Shown here one piece after another: positions 12,001 to 19,453 of a stretch of 38,083 bases of DNA; position 1 is the first letter of the stretch; every line of letters starts with the position of its first letter. The notes below the pieces were generated by a model, which made no database searches, was not told where the DNA came from, and was given only the letters and a program-made list of their open reading frames with translations. Made by a program: the position numbers and the translations under genes. Source of the stretch: a virus. Its lineage: Duplodnaviria; Caudoviricetes. The stretch lies in the IMG/VR virus record IMGVR_UViG_3300027798_000104, positions 1 through 38,083 of that record, one strand, 5' to 3'.

Positions 12001-13673
12001 ACTATATCAAATAACGGAGTTTGATTTAATTTTGTTTTTTGCTGAGCTAGCTTCCACTGAGTTCCAGTGTACCAATAAGTGCTTCCTTGATTCGTTAAGC
12101 CCTGTTTAATAATGCAACCTTGGCCTGCTTCTGGTTCTGCTTCCGGGGACAAGTGAATTTGTCTTTTTCCATTTAAAGTTATGAATTCTACTTTATAAAT
12201 TCTATTCTTTACTAACACATCAGTGTCTGCTGTAAATAAAATTCGTTGTCCCTGAGATATTGATATCCCATCTATATTATAACCAACCTGACCTTCAATC
12301 GTGCTGAACACATCCGTAGTATAACTATCAACTAGATCAATATCTTCAATCGCAACTGATCCAAAATTAAATAATCTTAAATTTGCTTTGAATTCGATAA
12401 TAGGTCGTACTGCTCTAGATGTTTGATTTAAATCAACCGGAATTCCATTAAGTTCTGCTGTTTTAATTATAACGTCTTTATGAAACCAACGATTGTATCG
12501 TGTCCAAGGATTTCGATCCTTGCTTGCTCTATTAATAACAATATGCTCAGGACTTCCGGCAAAACCGGTTGCATCGCTAAACGGCAAAGTATCAAAAGGA
12601 CTATTGTCAAATAATATAGTTTCAGAGGTTGTATAAGTGCTTAATAATTCTAAAATTGAAACATTTATTAATTCAATTGCAGTGCCAACACCTTCAACAT
12701 AATATGATCCCCGATCATATGAGGCCGGTTCAACATTGCCAATAAATCGTATTTTCATTCCGTTAGTAAGACTAATACCGTTAGGCAATGTATAAGATTT
12801 TTTTCCTATGATGTCAAGATTAACATTAATAAATGTGTTATCATCTATAGATAATATTTCAAACACTCCACCAAGATTAGCGTTAGCTGTGCTAGTGTAA
12901 AATAGGACATCGGGGCAAGAGTAAGGCACTGTGAATGTAACAGTACCTTTTTCAATCGAATTTACAACATTGCCGTTTTCATCTTTATATACTAGTTCGT
13001 TGTTAAGATAAGGATGAGATAACCCAGATGATCTAGATGTTTTAATCATGAAGGGATTTGACGGACTAGTTACATTAAATGTATAGGTTTGTCCTCTATA
13101 TAATTTAATTACAGGATCTCTAATTAGACCCGGTGGAGTAAAAATAAACTGATCATCGCCGCCTACTGATTCAACTGTAACAGTATACTCGCTAGTAATT
13201 GCTAATTGTTGCCCTGCAATTTTAACAGTGTCAGGTCCATAAGGCAACCAGTAGTAATTTTGAAAGTTAACAAATTTATCCCAATCAATATGAGGATCCC
13301 AAGAATAAAATTCTTGTTTGTTTAACCTGGCATGATTACTAGTATTACCAGCAAATACTCCTATTTGATTAATATAATCAGCATAGTCTTTAAAAAATGT
13401 AGTATTTCCTAAATCATCAGTTATAACCATCCCCGGTTCTAATTGATAATTTTGTCTGTCCAACGTTGGGGCAGTAATGAAAATGTCAGCGCCATTAGTA
13501 GCTTTAGCATTTTCTCTACCAATGAATCCATTAATCTTCTTAACAGTACCAGGGCGTGTTAATTGTTCTACGGTTGCCTGTAAAAACTTTTTATTAGCAT
13601 CAGTTTGGTAGAATTTAGGTAGGAAGTCAGAAGCTTTTGCATCGCCGCCTGTGGGATTTACACTATCAGCCAT
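1..13673 (-). CDS. Giant modular virion structural protein (baseplate wedge/gp7-like position, adhesin-like), >4557 aa, truncated by the left window edge
   Basis: ATG at 13673 overlaps the gp6 stop (ATGGCTGA) and reads MADSVNPTGGDAKASDFLPKFYQTDANKKFLQATVEQL... Manual translation stays in the same frame at ~8130 (EFKFYQGMIIEKGTKNVLNKLF), ~2450 and the edge (...IIDLTFVPTVDDLS). Its absence from the ORF track is expected if no stop occurs before the edge. It lies directly downstream of gp6, like T4 gene 7. Confidence 0.88.
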   Translation of the reverse strand, partial: MADSVNPTGGDAKASDFLPKFYQTDANKKFLQATVEQLTRPGTVKKINGFIGRENAKATNGADIFITAPTLDRQNYQLEPGMVITDDLGNTTFFKDYADYINQIGVFAGNTSNHARLNKQEFYSWDPHIDWDKFVNFQNYYWLPYGPDTVKIAGQQLAITSEYTVTVESVGGDDQFIFTPPGLIRDPVIKLYRGQTYTFNVTSPSNPFMIKTSRSSGLSHPYLNNELVYKDENGNVVNSIEKGTVTFTVPYSCPDVLFYTSTANANLGGVFEILSIDDNTFINVNLDIIGKKSYTLPNGISLTNGMKIRFIGNVEPASYDRGSYYVEGVGTAIELINVSILELLSTYTTSETILFDNSPFDTLPFSDATGFAGSPEHIVINRASKDRNPWTRYNRWFHKDVIIKTAELNGIPVDLNQTSRAVRPIIEFKANLRLFNFGSVAIEDIDLVDSYTTDVFSTIEGQVGYNIDGISISQGQRILFTADTDVLVKNRIYKVEFITLNGKRQIHLSPEAEPEAGQGCIIKQGLTNQGSTYWYTGTQWKLAQQKTKLNQTPLFDIVNEEGISYGDTSVYDGSTFTGTSVFSYKVGTGTVDSTLGFSLSYKNINNIGDIVFNFNLLTDYFEYKNNTGVIVKTIDVGYLEKLTPSGTVYVNGWQQCQSNTYQGAIRIYKNSNLVNNFDLDIFDSITELDDLVVKVYINGIRLDNSNWSVVDGPVYKKIVLNSDISLTDVLTIKAFASQPVNKQGFYEIPVNLQNNPLNSNIADFTLGEVIDHVGSIVDNISGFAGDFPGYSNLRDLGNITPFGTKFVQHSGPASLSLYHITSENNNIINAIEFSKEDYNTFKKNFITVASTIGIDTDQATGVNLILQKINQDKPKTSPYYFSDMVPYTARIRNTLSVVDYRIKTYPLVNVFSMDTLSTRSVIVYLNETQLLYKRDYVFSSQGFVIITATIATGDTIIIDEYDNTNGSFIPATPTKLGIWPKYEPKIYLDTSLVTPRLMIQGHDGSQILAYGDYRDNLILELESRIFNNIKVEYNPSIFDIYDVIPGYGRETDYSLEEFNSVLASDFYKWTSLVDQDFTKPLNYDRTDPFTFNYRFNSAPNGQGLPGYWKGIYRWMLDTDRPNLCPWEMLGFSIEPSWWQEVYGPAPYTSENKILWEDLATGTIREPNTPVRINAKFARPILDKCIPVDDQGNILSPAFSGLASGVITQATESDFVFGDVSPVESAWRRSSHYPFSVLRTIMLLHPAKTFGTLLDRSRIVRNIAGQLIYTETGLRISPSDIMIPSIYSSETHVQTSGIINYIIDYILSDNLKSYNSYVYDLMNINARLTYRIGAFTSKEKFNLLLDSKTPLSQGSVFVPQEDYSIILNSSSPIKKITYSGVIITKTLIGTITGYEVKGYSKTQPYFKYYPATDIGLKINVGGISETFSTWAPNSRFAAGKIVEYNKKFYRSKSLHTTTDTFTVQFYELLAELPIIGGQDAYLKSEWDKSETVIVPYSTKFRTIQEVVDFLVGYGAWLEDQGFIFDDFNTTLSQVTNWETSAKEFLFWTTQNWSFGQDKWNDWIPTVDVQAGSIVRYNGDYYRAYTAIPATSVFDNERYARLDGLSNLGSSVISLSPSAAKITFSLPLAVVDDIRNTFNDYEFFKVDGTPIQPNFLNSYRNDNTVSYIPVGADGVYSASFYLVQKEQVVILNNSTMFNDTIYNVESGYRQERIRVSGYVSDRWTGSFDAPGFIFDQAIIQNWEAWKDYSLGDIVKYKEFYYSSKTSLSGTNTFENISWIKLDKKPTAQLLPNWNYKAGQFTDFYSLDSDNFDSSQQKMSQHLVGYQKRQFLENIIQDDVSEFKFYQGMIIEKGTKNVLNKLFDVLSADNKDSVSFYEEWAVRMGQYGASSAFNNVEFILSEGLFKNNPQGFELVNYVDPSVTDFIIRQTPNDVYLKPVGYKNDLWPTLDSQHYYLRTPGHVRLDQVKVALPTIDDIVSQDVTTFLNGDYVWCGFENNTWNVYRYTDADLIVTNATYSSNDKEITLTTKNNISLTVGEWIGINQTSSFNGFFKIKSIIGNKMILSALLSTTPSGSFADQKTIVIFVFRSQKANSINNADNVRPINIVSGELLWTGGQGTSYDWETWQYTPVYTNKELVNTEPLYDLGRGKQIVINSVGTVMATTINNGTTFIYDRAGLVAPWIQRSSIEPPVLTVDGLGQQNAVYLGDVIAMSPDGTWLATGTPLASYVSTNPQVGDLYTAVNTTDSDYNSSLVNQGAISLYKKDASNVYTFVDSIISPTPVANELFGSNIVLGNDVMFVTAAGYNTIGRVYQLNYQTNVIASTAYSPIGSTGTVIKVSNTANIEVNMKIVGVGFTSGQYVTQVVNSTTLYISVAPDSTPAGILEFTATEWQYATTRYLGHNSLTAGAKFGHSMSISQDSNTLAVSAPGTAGYVFIYKKNGNAYPQFQLLTASSNALNNSGFGTAVALTADANYIAISTVLYDGEKIDQGLVDIRAWNGEVYDPTTRKEIVNNNPSIAEFFGTKLNFMNGSETLVVYSPNSFVRDPIVLTDNTTFDDDTTHFLINNSNTGRIDIYDRYDTSWVFSESLKTNDADAHSAYSSGFAVAANRVIVGSPYQLDKGIMSGKLYDCSKRDGTFSWKKIHSQGKAVNLKRIKKAFLYNKLTNNIVSYLDAIDPSQGQIPGIAEQEIKYKTFYDPATYSIGTTTVTVDDGMAWSKSQVGTLWWDLRTAKFIESHDSADVVYRNSTWNTLFPGASIDIYEWVESKLKPAEWNTTADTESGLANGISGTTLYDNTVYSVIRKYDAVAKTFKNVYYYWVKNKKTIPSSLSRNMSAINVAKLIANPRGDGYKYLALTSSNSFSLANCQPLLEDNNVILSVDYWISDSAITQSNIHSQWKLISNDINSEIPTRIEDKWFDSLCGKDIAGRVVPDTNLPAKLRYGIENRPRQGMFINRFEALKQFVEKTNQILINNQIADQRNLTQLDSYDMLPSSITGIYDTIVDTDAELRFANIGSFRKPTLTVGPPIDGKITSVNILEKGSGYLIAPYITVSGAGTGAILRATINSSGQINGVTIVAAGEGYDDNTFLSVRNYSVLVRNDSQAAGIWSIYAYEPSTELWSRTNGQSYDTRKFWTYADWYSTGYNQFTAIDHSVDTFAELGQLSISIGQTVKVRTTTNSTWILLEKYSNNITIDWTTSYKVVAEQKGTIQLSSALYESANTIYGYDSALYDGGTFDNNASIELRIILNTLKNNIFVDNLKQEYLNLFFSNVRYAFSEQTYIDWIFKTSFVKAQHNVGNLDKPVTYKNDNLADFENYIDEVKPYRTKIREYISSYTNLENSQTSTTDFDLPPVLIGNAVIPITGSVVNGTIQTDSSVMNSYPWKYWLDNVGFKITQIVVTDSGSGYLTPPVIRITSSSGAGAVARGFVSNGKLTRISLISNGSGYLEAPIIVVDGNTTGTLAKAVAIIGHGVVRSNLIKIKFDRTTSQYVITQLQETETFPATGSQKQFVLTWAPDVRVGKSIVAIKLKTLTTSTEVLQGEYSLAITKSSASMYTRYYGTLTFNTAPPKDAVITVTYIKDWSLLNAADRIQHYYDPASGELGKDLAQLMDGIDYGGVIVSGLGFELAKGWDSLPYYSDKWDTFDTTFDDYIATAATDDQYLYTLPYIPEQGTGKINIYQAKLLVESYLSDGEQLNYDFNIQAINPVVTVTTELDITDASATYVQTGSTGTTLKISGLSGTIVSGMSVIGTGFNSGQTVVTVVNSSTLILSASPNNQPVGTLYFTKNIAGVDILEVENTELLVAGDAITVTPFIADTIGYNTKILRVLSSTTVQLDQILFKNITNSTATFTRTLGISTDYVINMNGTVTLLNPVDAGSSINISSLITALGSSGALRVDDGTYYTDGITKIIDISGYVDSVSKGDQIIIRKWTSDGSVKPQDTDYDTALEGGNLAYTSATGLLADTIIVDGDGFVTPTSSGAPEEVVPGQVVDTMAIKVFDRPSSGSAVIKVDSYLADGNQRNFQISQTPNSHQAVIVKFTKGQRTGTVLESVSSIKTEIDDYIVLYNTNEVRFVTAPPAGELVSIFSVGFNGTGILDLDYFIGDGTTNEFITKAAWTDPVTYLVYVNGSPVNVVLFKTDTSYEDIDQIGIRFINPPLANSVINYIIVTGSRQTFSITKSEIITPTGTDTYDLQNISGDSLPIESSMIVRVDNTILSGPNNSYFKIGSNRLNYIIDPAKFVPFSVAATDIVVLADGILLTPSTDYIIDLSGLTIKINKTTYNKYTGKQLIVSIRKNQGYVYVPSIGTSPAQIIFAQSYSAGLIEVTAFYKHDILDIQRTGINITSNLSLTPDTAEYYNYTALAGGLLKLDRTVIDDNYVWVLKNGTLLTPSVDFKVNTDRQSITLATPPSLTDEITLITFSSNVLTSGIAYMQFKDMLNRTHFKRLSKNKQTQLTVELKYTDITITVGDASNFDIPNPQQNKPGIIEIHGERIEYFTKVGNVLGQIRRGTLGTGTPSTHPIGSYVQDIGSSETIPYTETTKTDRVISTGTNIIDLTFVPTVDDLS

Positions 13674-16600
13674 TAGTTGCTCCGTATGGTGAACTTGTTA
13701 CATTTTGTTGTGTAGTATTAACTACGTTAGAATTAGTATTTGTAATTGCTTTAATTGAGCTTGACGTTATAGATGTAATAATTTCAATATCGTCAACTGT
13801 TGCTCCGTTGATGAACAACTGATCGCTAGACGATTTAATTTCAAATAGACTACCAAAATTTAGACTGTTTTGTCGAGGAACTATAACAAAATTAGCGATG
13901 TAAGGTGCCGCTTGATTCATAACATACGTCGATAGTTCAGTAAAATAAAATGTATCTCCAAAGTCCCAATTTTCTAAACTAAAAAATTGATTAATTGCTG
14001 TAATTACTTTTACCTTAACATCATTATCAGATATCACTTGACTTGCATTTTTAATTACTTTAAAACTTGCTTGAAGATTATCTTCGGCAATCGTTCCGAA
14101 CAATACTTTATAATTTACTGGGTGATAAATTACTTCATCACTTATTGATTTAATTAAACTTAGACCTGGATCTATGATATCATATAATTCTGCACTGCTA
14201 GGAGGCAACGGCTTGCTTATGGCGGCACCACTTATCCACTGCCTAAACAACGTATCATATCCCTTAGTTAATACAAACACATCTATTATATTAGATGCTC
14301 CGGGATCAATTCTAGAATCGTAGTCAGCACTATGAGTGTATTGAAATTTAATTTTATCTCGACCTACAAATACTTTGTAGTCAAGACTAGCAACTAATGG
14401 CTGATTTGCTGCCGTTAGTTTTTTAACCACTCCGGTTTTTACAAAATAAAAATACTGAGGAAAAGTGTATTGATTCCTATCGCCGACTAATGATTCGTCA
14501 GCTAATATTTTTACTGTAGAATTATTATAATTTTCTACATATCTGTAATCGTCTTGTCCTTGACTAATTGTATATTTTTCTTGCAAAATATAACGTGTCC
14601 AATTTGTAGAAACTGGGTTAACTACATTTAAAAATAATTCTGGGTTGTCAACTACTCCGTTGTCATCAGAATCAGCAAATGTAATTACTATTTTTTTATT
14701 ATCAATATAACCATCTTGTCCAGCATACTCTGAAACAACTTCCCAAGGATAGTCTACAGTGAACGGATACCCTTCAACACTTGCCGGATTCGCATTTACA
14801 TTTAAAATATTAATAATATCTTTAATTACAGAATCACTTCGGCTGTCATAGATTTTACGAGTGTTATCAAAAAAGAATCTAACTTGTGTATCACTTTCAA
14901 ACACATATCGTTGTTCTCTACTAGTCACAGTATAGTATTCATTATCAGTGCTAAACAAAAGAAGCCAACTGGCATCTTGATTTTTACTTGTAACATCGCC
15001 TTGTTTTGCGGTGCTAAAATTAGAAACTAAATCTAAATTTGCTTCGAACACAATTTTCCATATTTGTGTCGTGGCATCATATCTTAAGGCAAACGGTTTA
15101 TTTGAATCAATTAAATCAATCATAGTAGTAATTGTTGAGGTGTCAATTACTGTTCTCCACTTGGGCACAATCTGAGTGATAATTGGTTTATTTGTAGCAG
15201 TTCCCGACGGAACCGGACAATTTAATCCTATTGGTCCAAATCCTGTCGCTAGGCGTCCTGTGCCGGCGGCGGTACCATCGTCGGATACCGATACAACTTC
15301 CGCCCATAGAGTTTTTATATAACCGGCAGTAGTTGTCGCTGACGTTTGTACAAGTGTGTTCTCTCTACTAGTGTCAAAGTAATATCCAGTTGGAGCGGTA
15401 AACTGTATTAATGCTCCGGCTTTTAAATATTTTAAATCTGTACTAGTATATTCTCCAACTTTATAAATTGTGCCGTCAACAACGTCGCCGACATAACCCG
15501 ACGATGCGTTAGCATCAGTAGTTACATTATTCCAAACAATGTTTAAACTAGCAGTAATAAAATTAATAAATTTAGAATAATAAAAATTACGCAAGTTTGA
15601 TCTTTTAAGAATATCAAAAATTTGATTGTAAATAACAACCTCAATATCAGTTTTACTGTTATAATTAAATCTGTACTGGCTCGTGTATTCTTCTGTATAT
15701 AGCACGCCGTCGTTGGCAAATAAGTTTGTCGAGCTGTATTTTCCGGTAGGATCTGCTAGATCAAAATATCGGCTAATGCCACTACTTGTTCTATTAACTG
15801 CTTTTACTTTTGCAACTTGTGTGCTTACAGACAGCGGACTGATGTTATAATCTTCCCCGGTAATCATACGATTTTGTGTATAATAAGTCTGTGGAGCATT
15901 TGCCTTAATACTGTCGTTTGATTCAGTTGCACCAGCGTTAGTAACTGTGTAAGTTAATGACAATGTAATTGTTAAAGTTTGTAGTTGATTTTGTGAAGAA
16001 AAATAAGGAACTTCAATTGATACGTTTCGAATGTCTCTTGCATTAATTGCATACTGTAACCCGTTGCTTACTCTGTAGTAAGTTCTAAATACCCCTAACG
16101 GTAAATCTCCAAAAGTACCATCGCTAAATTGTAGGCTAAATCTATCGCCGGCTCGTGTTATTACACTATAGATATTTCTAATATTTTTAGTAGTGCTGTT
16201 ATAAATTATGTTGTTGCCTTCAAAATTACTAACCGGAGTCCATAAATTAGTTTCAGCATTGTTGCCGTCTAATCGATATAACCACACGTCCGAATTATTA
16301 ACACCCGGACTGTCAATATCAACTGATTGATTGCTACTAGGTTGAGTAATTGTAAATAATCCAGTGTTTAATGTTCCTTGAACGAAATTTAAAAAGAATC
16401 CGCTAGCGGCACTGCCTAATCCTTTGCCGTCATCTCTATAAACACAGGCTAATCGATTTCCTATCTTAGGAGCTTCTTCATATATGTAATTTTGTTCACT
16501 AAATGTTGTACTAGTAATTTCAAAAGGCATTGTTCTGCCGTCAACTGTTTTAGTAAATTCATACACGGGAACATTTGTATTTGCTCCTTGTATACGATAT

Positions 16601-17157
16601 TGTTCTGTTGGGATTCCGTAAATTGTATTTTTATCTGCTGGATTTCCAAATTGTTGAGTCGATGGGAACGATGCGTTCATTATTTTAATAAATTGATCGT
16701 ACCAGTTGGCGTTTGCTGAATCGTTCCAATTAATAGTTTGTCCTGCTAGATTTCTGCCGTTGCTATCAATTACATTTTCTGTAGTAGATACACTAGTAAA
16801 TTTTAATAATCCTTTAGAAGGAATGTTTCTCTTGGCATTGTAGCTAATTAATCGTGCTAAACGTAAGACACTTTCGCGACGCTCTGCTAGTTCTAAGAAA
16901 TTTTCACGGGCATTTAAGTCAACGCGGAAAGCTATGCTTTGGCCCAGGAACGCAATAAGATCAATTAGGGCAAGGTATTCGCTAGATTCAATGTAATCGT
17001 TAAAATCTTCAGGGTAATTAGTACGAATGTAATCAATCATAGTGCGGCGTAGATTTTCAAAGTCGTAGCTTTGGAAGTCCGCATTACGGAAAGACTGGTA
17101 TACTTTTTTCCAGTCCTGTGCGACTAATAGTCTGTTTTGTCTAGTTGTTACACTCAT
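13666..17157 (-). CDS. gp6: Baseplate wedge subunit, T4 gp6-like (1163 aa)
   Basis: N-terminal DFQSYDFENLRRTMIDYIRTNYPEDFNDYIESSEYLALIDLIAF...ENFLELAERRESVLRLARLISY, plus FSDGTFGDLP and GATESNDSIKANAP..YYTQNRMITGEDY; these are typical gp6/baseplate-J motifs. Follows gp25. Confidence 0.9.
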   Translation of the reverse strand: MSVTTRQNRLLVAQDWKKVYQSFRNADFQSYDFENLRRTMIDYIRTNYPEDFNDYIESSEYLALIDLIAFLGQSIAFRVDLNARENFLELAERRESVLRLARLISYNAKRNIPSKGLLKFTSVSTTENVIDSNGRNLAGQTINWNDSANANWYDQFIKIMNASFPSTQQFGNPADKNTIYGIPTEQYRIQGANTNVPVYEFTKTVDGRTMPFEITSTTFSEQNYIYEEAPKIGNRLACVYRDDGKGLGSAASGFFLNFVQGTLNTGLFTITQPSSNQSVDIDSPGVNNSDVWLYRLDGNNAETNLWTPVSNFEGNNIIYNSTTKNIRNIYSVITRAGDRFSLQFSDGTFGDLPLGVFRTYYRVSNGLQYAINARDIRNVSIEVPYFSSQNQLQTLTITLSLTYTVTNAGATESNDSIKANAPQTYYTQNRMITGEDYNISPLSVSTQVAKVKAVNRTSSGISRYFDLADPTGKYSSTNLFANDGVLYTEEYTSQYRFNYNSKTDIEVVIYNQIFDILKRSNLRNFYYSKFINFITASLNIVWNNVTTDANASSGYVGDVVDGTIYKVGEYTSTDLKYLKAGALIQFTAPTGYYFDTSRENTLVQTSATTTAGYIKTLWAEVVSVSDDGTAAGTGRLATGFGPIGLNCPVPSGTATNKPIITQIVPKWRTVIDTSTITTMIDLIDSNKPFALRYDATTQIWKIVFEANLDLVSNFSTAKQGDVTSKNQDASWLLLFSTDNEYYTVTSREQRYVFESDTQVRFFFDNTRKIYDSRSDSVIKDIINILNVNANPASVEGYPFTVDYPWEVVSEYAGQDGYIDNKKIVITFADSDDNGVVDNPELFLNVVNPVSTNWTRYILQEKYTISQGQDDYRYVENYNNSTVKILADESLVGDRNQYTFPQYFYFVKTGVVKKLTAANQPLVASLDYKVFVGRDKIKFQYTHSADYDSRIDPGASNIIDVFVLTKGYDTLFRQWISGAAISKPLPPSSAELYDIIDPGLSLIKSISDEVIYHPVNYKVLFGTIAEDNLQASFKVIKNASQVISDNDVKVKVITAINQFFSLENWDFGDTFYFTELSTYVMNQAAPYIANFVIVPRQNSLNFGSLFEIKSSSDQLFINGATVDDIEIITSITSSSIKAITNTNSNVVNTTQQNVTSSPYGATNG

Positions 17158-17175
17158 GATGTGTCCTAATATTGA

Positions 17176-17183
17176 TATTTATC
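17176..17183 (-). promoter_or_regulatory. T4-type late promoter (GATAAATA) for gp6 and the giant ORF
   Basis: tatttatc on + reads GATAAATA on -, about 19 nt upstream of the gp6 ATG. Near match to T4 late consensus TATAAATA. Confidence 0.7.
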
Positions 17184-17204
17184 GATTAAAATTATGTGCG
17201 TATA

Positions 17205-17648
17205 TTATGCCATTAGCAGGCCGTTTGTTTGGTCAAACCGTAACTCTAACTGTTGTTGTATATTGTATGCACGATACGTAAGAGTGCATTGTATTTGTAT
17301 TCCGCTTTCGTATGGGGTTACAATTACCTGTTCTGTAGATACCCTAGGGTCATAGTTTATAATAGAGCTTACGTTTTCTGTAATAAGGAATCTAGTTTCA
17401 TCTGTTAACGGTTCGTATAATAAATCCCAAATAACACAACCAAATTCAGGATTCATCAATCGTTCGCCCTGGCGTATATAAAAATGATTTATAATATCTT
17501 GTTTTATTAACTCAAAGTCAAATAACGCAAAATTTTCAGTGTCAGTATTAACTGTACTAAATCCTTTATAAGTTTTAGGTGTTGTTGCGCCGGTGAGAGG
17601 TGCGGCTGGTAATGTAATTTTGTTGTACAAATTTGAACTCGAGCTCAT
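17205..17648 (-). CDS. gp25: Baseplate wedge subunit gp25-like (sheath initiator)
   Basis: LIKQDIINHFYIRQGERLMNPEFGCVIWDLLYEPL...IINYDPRV is the GPW/gp25 family signature. Confidence 0.92.
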   Translation of the reverse strand: MSSSSNLYNKITLPAAPLTGATTPKTYKGFSTVNTDTENFALFDFELIKQDIINHFYIRQGERLMNPEFGCVIWDLLYEPLTDETRFLITENVSSIINYDPRVSTEQVIVTPYESGIQIQCTLTYRAYNIQQQLELRFDQTNGLLMA

Positions 17649-17657
17649 ATGTTTTCC

Positions 17658-19451
17658 TTATTCAGAAGTCGGTGGGGGTGGATTGAAAGTATCAAAACTA
17701 GTAGAATATTTTTTCCACTTGCCCGGCGGTGTCATCATGTCAGTGTTATTCTGTTCGTACCTTTCGTCGGCATCCCTATCAGTTAATTCAGGTTTGAATT
17801 TTGTTGGGTCTAGATTTTCGTGTGATGGCCATGGCTCATGCATCGGAATCCTACGCATAATCGACTTTGTATACTCTTCACCCGTTTCATCAGGAACGCT
17901 TGCTGTTGATAAAGATTTTGGCACACTTTCAGTAGGCGGTTGCGGTAACGGTAAAGCAGGAGTTGCAGGAGTTGCAGGAGTTGCAGGATTAGTAGCTGAA
18001 TTAAAGTCAATCCTACCTGCAGTTGCTTTAATATTTGGGCCCGCTTTAAAGTTAATTTCGCCATCTGAAGTTTGATTCATGCTTCCTGTAGATTTAATAT
18101 TTGTAGTACCGGTAGAAGTCAGTGTTAATCCGCCGTTAGTGAACAGACTAAATCCTTGTTGAGAATTTAAAATTAGTTTGTTGTCGGCAAATATGTTTGT
18201 GTTATTGTTTGATTGAAGATTTATATCATCAGTTGTTAGTATCGAAAAGTCTTTTTCAACTTTATAACTAACAGAACCTAATACATTTGTACTAGTATCA
18301 TTTTTAATTTGTATTTTTTGATCATGTCCTACTATTAATAAATGATCCACTAGAACTTCAGTGTGCATTTCTTTATCAACTTTAATATTAAAATTTCTGC
18401 CGGCTTCCATGTTAATATCACGTTTGGCGTAAAAATTCATGTCTTGTTTTGTATGCACACTTATACTATCTTCAGCATAAATGTCTATTTTACCATCGCT
18501 AGACAACTCTATCCAACTTGTTCCTCTGGCATTACCGATATAAATTAAATCTTCGCTGTTGTGTAATAATATTTGATGGCCGGTTCGGGTACGGATACGC
18601 ACAAGCTCGTTGTGAGGAATATTTGGCACGCCCGTTTCTTCAGCAACGCTTACATATTCAGGAGGACCTTCGCTTGCTTTAGTTTTACGCTGAAAGGTGT
18701 CGTCGCCGTCATCCATGACAAAAGTTGTTCCACCTAATCGACTTATAAACGTATTTCCCTTACTTTCAGCTTTTCCGATAAGACCCTTTGGCCCTTCTTT
18801 ATCTAAGGGGCCTGGCGTACTAATACCGAACACTGCGCTTGGCGCTTCTCTTCTAGCACTACTACTGGTAATGCCGCGAGTATCGTCAATTAGTAATCCC
18901 TGCTCATCTAATACTTTAGCAAATGGATGCACTGGTTTTTTATTAAGTGTCGGATTAGTTAGTGCGGGAGTTATTGCTGTATTAAACTCTGCTACTGGTA
19001 GTCTATCCGGATTGTCAGTAAAAGGTTCGCCGTCTGGATCTGGGATATTAAACGTAGTTGCGGCTAGTCCCGGAACACTAAAATTCATATGTTGGTCGGG
19101 GACGCAACCGTACCAATATCCTCTTGCCGGATCACCGTTGATGAAAATTACTAATACAGTAGTTCCAACATCGGGTGGTATAAACCACATGCCATAACTT
19201 TTTCGTGTATTATTGTAAGAGTCAGGATCTGTTTGAAGAAATTCTTCACTAGTACTGCCAAAAAACGGACTGATCATTTGTACTTGTACAACCTGTACAG
19301 CACTGTCAGTATTGCCTGCGCCGGGCCGTTCTATAGAAACTTCTAAGGCTCCCATAGTAGCAGGATCCGCGTGGCTTACGACTTTTGCCAACACTGGCCA
19401 AGAAGGCAGATCAGGTGTTTCTGTTCCAGTATTGATATCTTCTGTTGACAT
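17658..19451 (-). CDS. gp5: Baseplate central spike, gp5/VgrG-like (OB-fold + beta-helix, no lysozyme domain seen)
   Basis: AKVVSHADP..MGALEV and YGMWFIPPDVGTTVLVIFINGDPARGYWYGC (gp5 OB-fold), RIRTRTGHQILLHNSE, then short beta-helix-like repeats. Lies upstream of gp25. Confidence 0.85.
   Translation of the reverse strand: MSTEDINTGTETPDLPSWPVLAKVVSHADPATMGALEVSIERPGAGNTDSAVQVVQVQMISPFFGSTSEEFLQTDPDSYNNTRKSYGMWFIPPDVGTTVLVIFINGDPARGYWYGCVPDQHMNFSVPGLAATTFNIPDPDGEPFTDNPDRLPVAEFNTAITPALTNPTLNKKPVHPFAKVLDEQGLLIDDTRGITSSSARREAPSAVFGISTPGPLDKEGPKGLIGKAESKGNTFISRLGGTTFVMDDGDDTFQRKTKASEGPPEYVSVAEETGVPNIPHNELVRIRTRTGHQILLHNSEDLIYIGNARGTSWIELSSDGKIDIYAEDSISVHTKQDMNFYAKRDINMEAGRNFNIKVDKEMHTEVLVDHLLIVGHDQKIQIKNDTSTNVLGSVSYKVEKDFSILTTDDINLQSNNNTNIFADNKLILNSQQGFSLFTNGGLTLTSTGTTNIKSTGSMNQTSDGEINFKAGPNIKATAGRIDFNSATNPATPATPATPALPLPQPPTESVPKSLSTASVPDETGEEYTKSIMRRIPMHEPWPSHENLDPTKFKPELTDRDADERYEQNNTDMMTPPGKWKKYSTSFDTFNPPPPTSE
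17956..17988. repeat. 9-bp tandem repeat (GCAGGAGTT x3.7) encoding a PAT-PAT-PAT-PA linker in the spike
   Basis: gcaggagtt gcaggagtt gcaggagtt gcagga read directly from the sequence. Confidence 0.9.
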
Positions 19452-19453
19452 AA

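Noticed and set aside
1-13665. Apparent 13.6-kb gene desert suggesting stop-codon recoding or non-coding DNA
   Set aside because: A single standard-code frame reads open wherever checked. Other genes end normally in TAA, TAG or TGA, so no alternative genetic code is needed.
2368-13822. Short track ORFs (2368, 3028, 4208, 4432, 8864, 13637)
   Set aside because: Antisense or off-frame shadows of the giant ORF and gp6.
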